Assembly: GCA_020137815.1 (NCBI GenBank)
Contig: CM035360.1
Span: 5,952,001-6,016,000, forward strand
Origin: Hormiphora californensis
Taxonomy: Eukaryota > Animalia > Ctenophora
Reading direction: 5' to 3'
Length of the DNA: 64,000 bases
In this document: in pieces, positions 1-10,421 of the stretch
Layout: the number at the start of each line of letters is the position of its first letter
Position numbering within the stretch: the stretch's first letter is position 1
Program-made: the position numbers and the translations under genes
Notes under the pieces: model-generated
What the model was told of the DNA's origin: nothing
The model's input: only the letters and a program-made list of their open reading frames with translations
The model's database searches: none

Positions 1-1
1 T

Positions 2-2676
2 CCCTCCGTGACCCCCGCCATGTCGGGAAGATACGTTGCCAGGGCTACCAACTGTGAGACCGATCATCAGTTTAGCAGGAGCTTCGTTTTAGAGGTACAG
101 CCCCATGATTTCTAATGGGATTGGTATCCACTATGTAACCCACTTGTTGCCCTTAAGACATGCACCTTCACTGCACTGTGCAGGTTGAATTGAACTGAAT
201 TTTAATTGAGTAACTAAAAGACTGCCCTCTCATCTCCGAACAGTGTGTGCGATGTTTTTACGAACCATCAATTTATAGGTGCTTATAGAAATGATGTTCT
301 CTTTTAATTTTGTAACAACTTCATTATCTAGGTTGAGCCAAAGCCAGTTGAACCAGCGAAAGAGGTTGATACCAAGGTGAATGTGTGCAGTATATTCGGG
401 GACCCCCATATTCTAACATACGACGCTCACACCTACAACTTTGCTGGTAAGTTGTTACTCACACTGCAGGCAGGTAGTCGAATACAGTTTACTAAACTAT
501 TATAGTGTTATAGTGTAAGTAAACTATAGTCTGACTAAATATATGTAGGTAAACCTTAGCTATTGTTAGTGTAAATTTAGAGGAAGGTGCACTACAAATC
601 ATAACCGCGATTCAAGAAAGCTTTCTGATACCCAAGCCTATGTTTTAATTTCCTTGATCCCCGGCCACACAGGGAGTCCTACTGCCTAAATAATTAATTT
701 TATGCTTTTTTATACTAATCCTATGCCTTTTTTTGGCTAACTCCTGTCAGAGCATTGGCCTGACCCATTCTCGTTTCTCGGAGCGCGAGAACTGTGGTCA
801 GAGCATTGGCCTGACAGGCTAACTCAGTACTTCTTGGAAAAGTGGGGATATTATTGGAACTTGAATAAAAGTTTTACATCTTCTATCTTCCAGGGGAGTG
901 CACGTATTTGTTATCAATGGATTGTACCAACTTTGTCTGGCTTGTGTATGGTGACTTCACACCCTGTGGAGCTGGAACGTGTCTTGAGCAGGTATAGTAT
1001 TGTGGACCTTTTATTGGGACGTCACCGGTCACATAAAAGTACAGTCGGACTCCAAGTTTACAATTGGTAGTACCAACCTGTTACCTTCTGATTGTGTGAA
1101 CCGAGGCCGGCATAACAACCAACAGTTTACTTGGTGACGAAGCTACCCCTCGCCATCGGGATAGCATCACAATTTCGTTACCAACAGTTTACCAGCTCCA
1201 AATTTTATAACCGTAACCCCGATTCACCGAATAAATAACTTTCCCCGATATGGTAGCAATAACTCAATAACTGTGCACGCTGATTTACCCTGCTGTAATC
1301 ATCGTTTCCCGAGAAACTCGGCAAATATAATTCTCGACTAGCTGCTATACGTAGTTACAATAAATACTGAAAGGTAGTATGATGCTACTAGCTCTCTCAA
1401 GTTGTCGTAATGGTGATTTAGTAGTAAAATAATTTCGAAAATTACACTTTTCCCTCTGACTCTCTCTCTCTCCCCCTCCAGCTCTCTCTCCCTCCAGCTC
1501 TCTCCCTCCAGCTCTCTCCCCCTCAAGCTCTATCCCTCTCCATATCCCTCTACCCACTGATCTATCTCCCACGGCAGGTTACGATATTCCATACCCCTCT
1601 ACCCCCTCTATTTCACTATCTCCATATCCTTCTACCCTCTCTATCTCCCACGGCAGGTTACGATATTCATTAACCAGCGGCCCGTCATCCTGATGAGAGG
1701 ATGGATAATAAACATCGACGGAGAGAAGAGGGAGTTTATACAGGGGGAGACAGTGAACACTGAGAACATGGTGTTCACATTCGATGGGATGATCCTTACC
1801 GGTCGGAATGACGACATTGGACTAACTATCAGGTACTGCTGACTGCACTTATGATTGTGTTCTCTCTTATTTCTTAAGTGGGGGGTGGGGGGGGGGGTAA
1901 TGCATTATTGCATTCTGAGTGATAAAAGCACGAGAAAAAAAGCTCATATAATAAGCGACTGTTAAATGTGCTATCTGAAGATACATGACCGGCTAACTAA
2001 GCCTTCGACTGAAATATTCAGCCATTGTTCAAACTAACAATGTTAGTTAGTAACATCTCTCCCTCTCTCTCTCTCTAGATGGGATGGATTCGTTAGTGTC
2101 CAGATTGGTGTTGACCAAGACAAGGAAGGGAGTATGTGTGGGGTGTGTGGTAACAATGACCAAAATGACGACAATGAACACAGACAAGCCACCAAGCTAG
2201 ATGATGGTTTGATTGACTCCATGGAGCCTAATGTATACACGGACAACTGGAAGATAGACAGAGAGAGGGTGTGTGTTCTCTCCCCCAATGTCATGTTCAA
2301 CCCCTCCGAACCGTGCGGATCCAACTACGGGAAGAGCCAGAAAGCGAAGGAGGTGTGCCAGAATCTGGTTGAGAATCCTGCCCTAAAAAGGTGTGAGGAC
2401 ACTGTTGATCTCAAATTCTACTACGAGGGGTGCCTCTATGATTACTGTTACCTGGACCTGCTACGTGAGGAGGAAGACCCCTTTGCAGGGGAGAAACCCT
2501 TTGCAGCGGTAGAGTGCACCACAGCCAGGGCTTATGTCTCCCACTGTGAGCTCCGAGGTATTGATATGAGAGGTTGGGATAGTTACATGGAGTGTAATGT
2601 TGAGCAGGCCCAGGATGCTATTATCAGCATTAGCTGCCCTCAGATCAATCAACCATTTGTGAGGTTTAGAAGGTAA
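2..2676 (+). CDS. 3' part of an extracellular Ig-like + VWD + C8 domain protein (mucin/vWF/BMPER-like); 5' end lies outside the window
   Basis: Exons ~2-94, 332-446, 894-991, 1658-1832, 2079-2676 with GT/AG ends. They translate to VTPAMSGRYVARATN (Ig F-strand), CSIFGDPHILTYDAHTYNFAGECTYLL (VWD start), WDG..MCGVCGNND (VWD end) and a Cys-rich C8 segment (CEDTVD..YYEGCLYDYC..AYVSHC). Confidence 0.85.
744..817. mobile_element. Ultra-short TIR element (CTGTCAG...CTGACAG) with 8-bp TSD, family A
   Basis: TSD gctaactc at 736-743 and 818-825; related copy at 16344-16430. Confidence 0.8.
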
Positions 2677-2752
2677 ATGATAGAGCGGGAAAGAGACACG
2701 AAATGACACTTGAATATATTAAGGGAAAGTTGGGTTTTTGCCACACCAGTTT

Positions 2753-2833
2753 AATTATAAATAGGAGACAAGTTGTCTCCTATTTATAATTTCGTGGCCT
2801 TCACAATTGTCTGACAACTGTGAAGGCCACGAA
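2753..2833. repeat. Two back-to-back palindromes
   Basis: aattataaataggagacaa-g-ttgtctcctatttataatt (perfect 19-bp arms), followed directly by ttcgtggccttcacaattgtc-t-gacaactgtgaaggccacgaa (21-bp arms, 1 mismatch). Confidence 0.9.
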
Positions 2834-2924
2834 GTAAAATGTGACGCTCTGTATTAGTTTTCTACTTCCATTTCCGAACTTCCTCCTTCTTCTCGAAGGA
2901 ATATATATAAACAACAGAGCTGTA

Positions 2925-3068
2925 CAATGAAATAGTGTTTATTTGGGACTGTAGACGACTCGGAGATTTATTTCAGGAAAGATAATACGGTCTACAGTCC
3001 CAAATAAACACTATTTCATTCTATCAAAACTATGCGACTCAAAAACAGCCGATTGGTCAACTTATTGG
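2925..3068. mobile_element. Short Penelope-like non-autonomous retroposon, copy 1 (5'-inverted; lacks the SL and hammerhead core)
   Basis: 12-bp TSD aacagagctgta (2913-2924 / 3069-3080); near-identical to 7265-7330 plus 7407-7464 plus 8251-8270. Confidence 0.8.
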
Positions 3069-3236
3069 AACAGAGCTGTAGTAAGTCTGAACGTTTATAT
3101 TTTATAATTATAGATATACATAGGTGAATTAATAATTATACTTATACAGCAGCATGAATTTCTTATCATCCACTAATTGCTTGATAATTTTATATTATAA
3201 ACATAAAAATACAATGTTTTGTAATTTGTCTGAGAT

Positions 3237-3299
3237 CTGTCTGGCGCCTCGACCCATCTGAGCGCACTGAATCAAATGGGGTATGGCGCCGCCATACAG
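3237..3299. mobile_element. Ultra-short TIR element (CTGTCTGGCG...CGCCA(T/G)ACAG) with 8-bp TSD, family B
   Basis: TSD tctgagat on both sides; other copies at 24030-24114, 35972-36041, 36517-36586, 58554-58612. Confidence 0.85.
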
Positions 3300-3339
3300 T
3301 CTGAGATCGAGAGGCCGAGAGCTTGGGTACGTCGCGCCC

Positions 3340-3990
3340 TCTTTTTTCCTGCGGAGGGGCTGCTTCGCAGCCAAACCGAGAGCTAGCTCAAGCTATAATT
3401 GCTTGGGTCAATGGGTTTTCTTCCCAGTTGCGGTGTTGGCCACATTGATGCCTGAGTGAGATCGAGGTCGCACATCTAGGCCTCCGGCGCGTTATTGATT
3501 TTAGAGCAAACTTTTTCAAAGACCTGGCTGCAAGGAACTACTGAACCGATTTGCATCTCGTTTGTTGCTCCTGGCAGATAATTGTCTCTAGTTTTACGGA
3601 AAATACCCGCGAATATCAGCATTTGAGGAATAGTGGGTCAAAATTGACGCTAAACATGAGCAATTCTTTAAAGACCTGGCTGCAAGCTCCTACTCGGTCC
3701 TGGGACAATCTGCGGGTACTGGGTGAATCGTCATGGCCTTGTGAGTATGGGAAAATACCCGCCGATACATCAAAGTGCCAATTGAGGCGATAATTGGGGT
3801 TTTGGTAGTGCTATGTCGGCTAAAAATGCCTGCTAAAACAGTATATCGCGCGCGATTTGATAGTCCCACTGCTGAAAACGTGCTTTACATCGCGCGCACG
3901 TGAGTTCTTGCTGTCCACAGGCCGGGAGCCTATTCTTCGCGGAGCGAGAATAGGTTGCAATGGAGCCAAGTTGCGGTGCTACAACTTCCA
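3340..3990. mobile_element. Probable non-autonomous interspersed repeat (Helentron/DINE-like), boundaries uncertain
   Basis: GC-richer non-coding block with the internal duplication aaagacctggctgcaag (~3518, ~3670) and an aactactgaaccgatttgca motif like those in Helentron-derived repeats. Confidence 0.35.
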
Positions 3991-5072
3991 TAAAGAAGTA
4001 GAAAACATGTTAAACGACATGGGCTGGAGTATTCTAATCATATTAGCACTTTCTTCATGTAACGCGCGGAAAACATTCGCTTTGTCTGCGCATTTGTAAC
4101 GCGCGAAATCGGCTTTTTCTTAAAATAAAATTCAAAAAAAAGTTCTGTTTTGGGATTTGAAAATTTAACCTTTGGGCTTTGAAAAGCGCTGCCTTATCCC
4201 GCGCTGCGAACCTATCAGGGGCCAGCAACGTTTGCCAAATTTAACCTTTTTTTCCTGTTCAAGTGTTCATTTTCTGTTTAAGTACTCGCACTGAGCTTGG
4301 TGCGTGAAGTGAATAAGACGAGGATGAGAAGAATTACCAAGACCATGAATCGATTCTCAAAACCCACCTGTTTGAAAAGTCGTATGGTGTTTAGGATGGA
4401 CTGTCCCATTAATTTATGTGTAAATCTATACCTGACGCATGCTTTGAGCTTCAGAATTATGGAGCAGTGATTCGCTCCACTCTTTTATTTCGTGATTAAT
4501 CTCTTTTCTATGTAACTTATTACATTAATACATTGATCTAACATATATTTTCATACATATAATTATTTCTTACTTAATCAAAAACATTTAATTTATTATC
4601 TACTTATTATCATCATATCTGGACTATTAATATCACTCATATCATCTTTCTTTTCCACTTTGGGTTCACCGCTTTAGAAGGCGGGTAGGAGTGCTCTGGC
4701 GCTCATCGAGTAACTTTGTATGACGTTTATCACTCTTACTATTATTAGTTCAAAAAGCGGGATGTTAAATGTACATTTTGATTGATTGATTGATTTATTT
4801 ATTTAGTTGTGCTTAAAACGCGACTCTCTCTATTTAGACCCGATCGAGAGGGGGGTTCCATTGCGTAATTTGTAATAAATAGGGACAGTGCCCCATTACA
4901 AAACAATCACACTCTTAATCCCGAAGTTTAACTGAAAATGCGTATTACTTCCGCACGTGGCGGTGGCAAGGCCGAAAGTCTGACAGTAGATCACTCAGGC
5001 GGTACTGAACTTAAAAATTTACCGTTTATGTAACAAAAATTTGAAATATTCCCTCTCTCCTAGACAGCAATC

Positions 5073-8000
5073 ATGGGAAAAGATTATTACGCTATTCTGA
5101 GCGTCCCCAAGGATGCTACTGACGATGTCATCAAGAAGGCATACCGGAAACTAGCCCTGAAATATCACCCGGACAAGAATAAGGAACCTGGGGCAGAGGA
5201 GAAATTCAAGGAAATCGCAGAGGCATTTGAGGTACTGAGCGATCCTGAAAAGAGGCAGATATTTGACCAGTATGGAGAGGAAGGATTGAAAGGTGGAGCT
5301 GGCCCATCAGGCAGTGGTCCCTCCTCAGCAAACTTTAACGGAAATACCTTTATATTCCATGGAAATCCTTTCGCCACTTTTTCCTCGTTTTTTGGGGACG
5401 AGGACCCATTTCAGTCAGCATTCTTTGTTAATGGACCTAATATCAGTGGAATGCCTAATATGGGAGGGATGGGGCCCAATATCAGTGGAATGCCTAATAT
5501 GGGAGGATTTCCGGGTGGAATGGGTGGTCCAGGGATGAGTTCTATGTTCCAACAAATGGGAGGGGGTCCATCATCAGGGACTCCTGCTGAAAAGGTACAG
5601 ACCAAGTGGTAAAATAGTTGTACCACTAATCACCACACCATGGTGCACCACTCTTTAACTATTTAAAATGAAAATTTATTCACAGAGCAAATCCCGGTCA
5701 CATTTCACAGTCGATAGTTTATGCTATGTTTTCTGACACCCGTATTGCCCCCCCCCCCCTGGCCCTCCTGGTGAATGGTGTCAGTATTATCCCCCTGTTT
5801 TAAACACCCACTCCACTTTCTTTAATTAACACACCACTCCACTAATTAACTCACCACTTCACTAATTAACACACCACTTCAGGAAGTGTATCTGACACTG
5901 GAAGAGTTATATCAGGGATGTACTAAGAAGATGAAGATAACCCGATCTATCTTCCAGGACCCACATGGGAGGACCCCCTCACGTCAGGTACCATGCCTTG
6001 TAGTGTCTGTGTAGTGTCTGCCAGGTACCACCACCAATACCATTATTACCGCCCGCCATAACAAATGTACTCGCTCGTTTAAGTGGACTGGGCCGTGTAG
6101 TCGGTCTCTCAGTCTAGATTTAGGAAAGCATGGTCAAAGCTGTGTAATGCACTGTCTAGATTTGGGATGGAATGGAGTCATGTGTAATGACTAATGTGAG
6201 ATGTTCCACTGTCCGTCTGTTTGTGTAGAAATTGTTAGTAATAATATACATAAGATGTGTACAAGCAATATAAAGGCAGTTTGACTCATATATGATTTTT
6301 GGGGCTTCATGCGTGTAAATGTATTCAATGTTAAAAAGTGAAATAATACCTAACTAACCTAACACTTTTTGTCGATTAGTAGTTCTAAAGTATCAGTGGA
6401 ACCGATACCTTAGAACTTCCACCTTGTGCAAATGTGAGTTTGCTCAAAGCTAGTAGGACTGATAGTTTGAATGTTTACACGATTTCCCCTATTTTAGGAG
6501 GAGAAAATTCTAACGCTAGACATAAAGCCAGGCTGGAAGGAGGGAACGAAGATGACTTTTAATAACGAGGTTCGATAATGTCTTCTTTATAATATCTTCC
6601 GAGATCATTTGATGGTTTCATGATTCATGAATCATCTCTCGTGAATAAAGCATATTCTTCCCAACCATTTTCACATCTGAAAGTTAGGGGAAACTCTAAC
6701 TGAATGGCATCCCATTAATGGGATCCCATCAACAGTAAAACTCTAACTGTCTCACACAGAGAGAATACAGAGAAAGAACCATCACTGTGGTCCATTATCA
6801 GTTAGAGTTTTACTGCTGATGGGATCCCATTAATGGGATGCCATTCAGTTAGAGTTTCCCCTTACTCTCTTGTTATCTCCAATCTTCTCTTTTCAGGGTG
6901 ACGTATATCCTGGTAAAAAGGCACAGGACATCGTTTTTATAGTTCGGCAAAAACCACACTCCGTCTTCACCAGAGAAGGTAATAAGGTGTACCCCCCCCC
7001 CCCCCCTCAACTCCCCCCTCCTCTCTCCCCCACAAAACTTTAGTCCTGGCCCCATGAGCGGCGGAATGGTTTTTCTCCAGGAGACGAGCTAATACCTTTT
7101 GTTGGAAGCAAAATATGTTACTATGTTAATATTAGATTACCTGACAAAACAAACGTTCTACAGGGAACGATATCCACTACAACACTCAGATAGCACTGGG
7201 AGAGGCGCTGTGTGGCAACACAGAGATCGTGGTACCTACAATTACACACGAGGTAATATTGATACAATGAAATAGTGTTTATTTAGGACTGTAGACGACT
7301 CGGAGATTTATTTCAGGAAAGATAATACGGGACGGTTTCGACGTTTAACGTCATCATCAGCTCAAATTAATTTGTTTAAAGTAGTGTTGAAAAGTTTGTT
7401 TCAAACGTCTACAGTCCTAAATAAACACTATTTCATTGTATCAAAACTATGCGACTCAAAAACACCACCAAACACCTCCTTGGCACAGGAACTGCCAATC
7501 AAAAAATCCTCATCAATTGCGATAGCCAAGGAACAATCAAAGCACTGGACAGCACCGTATGCAGATCCAAAACCACCCAAAACACCATTTCCAACCTGAA
7601 CGCCCTTGCAGTTTTCAACACCGTTAAAATACGGTGGATCCCTGCTCACAAAGGCCACGAAGGGAATGAACTAGCAGACTCCCTCGCCAAAAAGGGAGCA
7701 CAAGAGATTGAAAACATCATACGCCCTCCAATCCCGAAGAAAGCCGCCTATGCGGCCCTCAGGGAGAAGACAAAAATGACAACGGCTCCAACGGCTCACA
7801 TGAATCTTTTCTGGAACCCGAACCACGTCAAACAGCTCCAGAAACTGGACCGAAACCACTTGAGAGCGGCAACCCAGCTTCTGACTGGGCACAACACACT
7901 TAAATACCATTTTCACAAGATGAAACTAGCAAACACTCCAACCTGCCGCCTATGCGGCATAGAAAATGAAACAGCCAAACACCTCCTCACCGACTGTCCA

Positions 8001-9529
8001 GCTCTCTGGAAACAGCGGCAAGAGAGGTTTGATCGGCTTGGTTTAACCCTCGATGACATCAAGAATGGCTTCCCGATCACCAAGACTGTTTCATTCTTCA
8101 TGGATATCCTGAAACAGTTAAACCGGGGGGAAGAGGACTAACAAATCCAAACCCCCAAACCAGGCCGGGGAAAGGAATCACTTTGGTACCACCCCTCTAT
8201 CTCACCTACGAGACGGCCTAATAGAAGAAGAAGAAGAAGACTCAAAAACAGCCGATTGGTCAACTTATTGATTCAGTAATATTGATAAACAGTTCATTTT
8301 CATCATCTGATGGTGTTTTGTACTGGGTCAATACTACTTTTACTGCGATGTCTAGAAAACAAAGTGTCTTTCTAAAATATGATTCAGCTCAGAAACATAC
8401 TGTTATATGAGGTATAAACTCTGGCCACTGGCGCGTTATTTCAGATAACTTTCTCCCAGCGCGCCGCTGGGAGAAGTTAGCTGAAGTTTATCCGCCGCTG
8501 GCGGATAAACTGGTTTAAATCACGACGACGATCCCGAGGCGGAGCCGAGGGAGAGGCGGAGGGGTTTAAACCTATAACGTGCCAGTGGTCAGAGTTTATA
8601 GGTTATATACCCTGCTTTAGTTGTTTATTTCAAGTATTACACACCAACAAGAGAGAGAACACTAATCAAAACACTCAAAGAGGACTGAGAAATAGTTAAA
8701 ACACCTCACAATTGAGTGTACACTATTTGGTAACAGTTACTAAGCAGTTGCTAAGGAAAGAGAGTGAAAGAAATAGCTTGATAAGGGGCATGTCACACAT
8801 AACACAGAGGAAGAGATAGTGAGACAAAAGGGGAGATAAAGAGAGAGTAATTGACGGAATGTGTCCTTTCTTTCTCTCCAATGTAGTGTGTAAGTGTTGC
8901 ACATAGTGTTCCCTCTGTATTTTAGTAAGAACTGATCATTTACACACACTTTGAATGTTCAAAATAAATAACCTGCCAGTGGGAAATAATCTGCCGCTGG
9001 ACTGGCTGTTTATTGAGAGCGCGCTAGTGGGACTGGCGGGTTATTTAAGTTAGCAGGGTATATACTGTTATAGCTGCTATTCTGCACTGGCAGTGTGTAA
9101 CAGGTGTACACTGCAGTACATGTATGATGTGTTTAACATAATTATGTGAATTGTCTACACACTGAAAAAGGGGGTATGTGTGCAGCACACATAACACAAT
9201 CAACTAATAATGGTTCCATATACGAGTATTTCAATCATTTCCAATCTAACCCCTTGGTGACGCCATCCCCTTCGCGGGCTTCGTAGTGGAGACTGGAGGG
9301 GTGACTGCGTCATCAATCTAACCCCTTGATACTTCTTCAGAAAATTCCAATTCCAATTGGGGATTCTACAGTTAAACCTGGGTCAAAGAGAAAGATCAAG
9401 GGTTATGGTATGCCCCTCAGCAAGAGGCCCGGGCAATATGGAGATATGTTGGTTACTATCAATGTTGAATTTCCCGATAAACTCTCTCCGCAGCAGAAAA
9501 GTGCAGTCCGAGAATTGTTTCCAAAGTGA
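5073..9529 (+). CDS. DnaJ/Hsp40 class B chaperone (DNAJB1/4/5-like)
   Basis: MGKDYY..HPDKN J-domain and G/F-rich region. Exons ~5073-5594, 5883-5987, 6499-6569, 6898-6978, 7164-7252, 9341-9529 give [59 protein letters not shown]. Confidence 0.95.
6687..6861. mobile_element. Tourist/PIF-Harbinger-type MITE
   Basis: ~60-bp TIRs ggggaaactctaactgaatggcatcccattaatgggatccc...; TTA on both flanks (6684-6686, 6862-6864). Confidence 0.85.
7331..7360 (-). ncRNA. Minimal hammerhead ribozyme core
   Basis: Minus strand CTGATGA-t-GACGTT-a-AACGTC-GAAA-c-c-GTC: conserved CUGAUGA box, stem II, GAAA box, rudimentary stem III and GUC triplet, as in Penelope-type minimal hammerheads. Stem I is not formed in this copy. 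Confidence 0.7.
7361..7398 (-). other. Spliced-leader-like exon sequence (retrocopied, not an SL RNA gene)
   Basis: Minus strand caaacttttcaacactactttaaacaaattaatttgag ends in TTTGAG and matches my recollection of the ctenophore (Pleurobrachia) SL. It is followed by CT, not the GT donor expected in an SL RNA gene. Confidence 0.7.
7465..8238 (+). mobile_element. 5'-truncated non-LTR retrotransposon (RNase H + C-terminal zinc finger; I/R1-LOA group)
   Basis: ORF to 8141 with [25 protein letters not shown] and LTGH..CRLC..ET..HLL..C; (GAA)n tail; 12-bp TSD gactcaaaaaca (7453-7464 / 8239-8250); the empty site is seen in copy 1. Confidence 0.92.
8397..9072. mobile_element. Non-autonomous element with two tandem inverted-repeat pairs (Crypton-like layout)
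   Basis: IR 8413-8439 / 8574-8600; second IR tatataccctgct 8604-8616 / ~9052-9064; internal palindromes and a ccgaggcggagccgagg motif; flanking direct repeat atactgttata. Confidence 0.55.
9256..9314. mobile_element. Short TIR element with 13-14 bp flanking duplication, family C
   Basis: ggtgacgc...ttcgcgggcttcgt...ggtgactgcgtcatc flanked by aatctaacccctt; related copy at 16191-16267. Confidence 0.6.
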
Positions 9530-10007
9530 TTTACTAAAGATATGTTGTTAGTTGAGTTGTATTTTATTGTAGTTGATATGTTGTAAACACATGCATTTCG
9601 TGTTAACAAGTTTATTTAATTAAGTAGATAGTTGTACAATACAAGTTTATAAGGTGATGACAATTAAAGCCTACAGTCTGACTTATATTTATTCAAGTTG
9701 ATTTCAACTTGAAACAGTGTTTTTTTCAAAATATGGTTCATTTTAAGTTTTATCAAAGAGATGTTTCATTTGATTTGTTTCTTGGCATCACATGTGCCAG
9801 CCAGCCGCTGCAGACTACAAAGGTATTTTTAGGCCAAAATCCAACCTCGGCCTCTCGACAACAGCTTATTGTTGACATGTCGAAAGTGGGGCGCGCGCGT
9901 ACTTTTTTACTGTAGAAAGTAGAGTAGCGCGCATTGTTAGCACGAACTGGTCGACAAAGCTGGATTACTGGAACCTTGTGGACAATTCCAGCATGTTTGA
10001 GAACTCT

Positions 10008-10010
<3 letters not shown>

Positions 10011-10082
<72 letters not shown>
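10011..10082. repeat. (CT)n microsatellite; others at ~13915, 16747, 24500-24680, 34270-34395, 36190-36335, 39325-39448, 60764-60892
   Basis: Direct reading. Confidence 0.95.
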
Positions 10083-10087
<5 letters not shown>

Positions 10088-10421
10088 CTCACACTTTCAA
10101 CAGTCTGCGCCGCCGACCCAGCCGCGCAGCGCGTGAGGTGCAATCTAGTTTTTGAAAAAAATTTTGTGGACACTTTTTGATATTTTTTGGAACTTTTTGA
10201 AAAGTTTACTTTTTTGGACGTTTAAGGACGTCAAAAAATTACTTGAAGTGTGAAGTATGAACCTCTTTCTCTCGCGATAAGGCACCTCGATATATCTGAT
10301 TAGAAAGCCTTCCTCTAGGGTACAGCTTATTAAGTTTTTTGTATAAATTAAAGAAAATTACATACTCCGGAGACTGGAGTTCGGTAAGTCAAACTTAAAA
10401 CACATTACTGATTCCCTCTAG

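Larger units (their letters stand above)
7265..8275. mobile_element. Short Penelope-like retroposon, copy 2 (SL-like exon + hammerhead core), interrupted by a LINE fragment
   Basis: 12-bp TSD gtaatattgata (7253-7264 / 8276-8287) that includes the host intron GT; ~37-bp inverted repeat 7261-7297 / 7406-7442; homology to copy 1. Confidence 0.85.

Noticed and set aside
20-52. Ig F-strand Y-V-A in place of Y-x-C as a novel feature
   Set aside because: Ig domains lacking the canonical Cys are known, and the domain is cut by the window edge.
7361-7406. SL RNA gene
   Set aside because: No GT donor or SL intron/Sm site follows the leader; it sits inside a TSD-flanked insertion.
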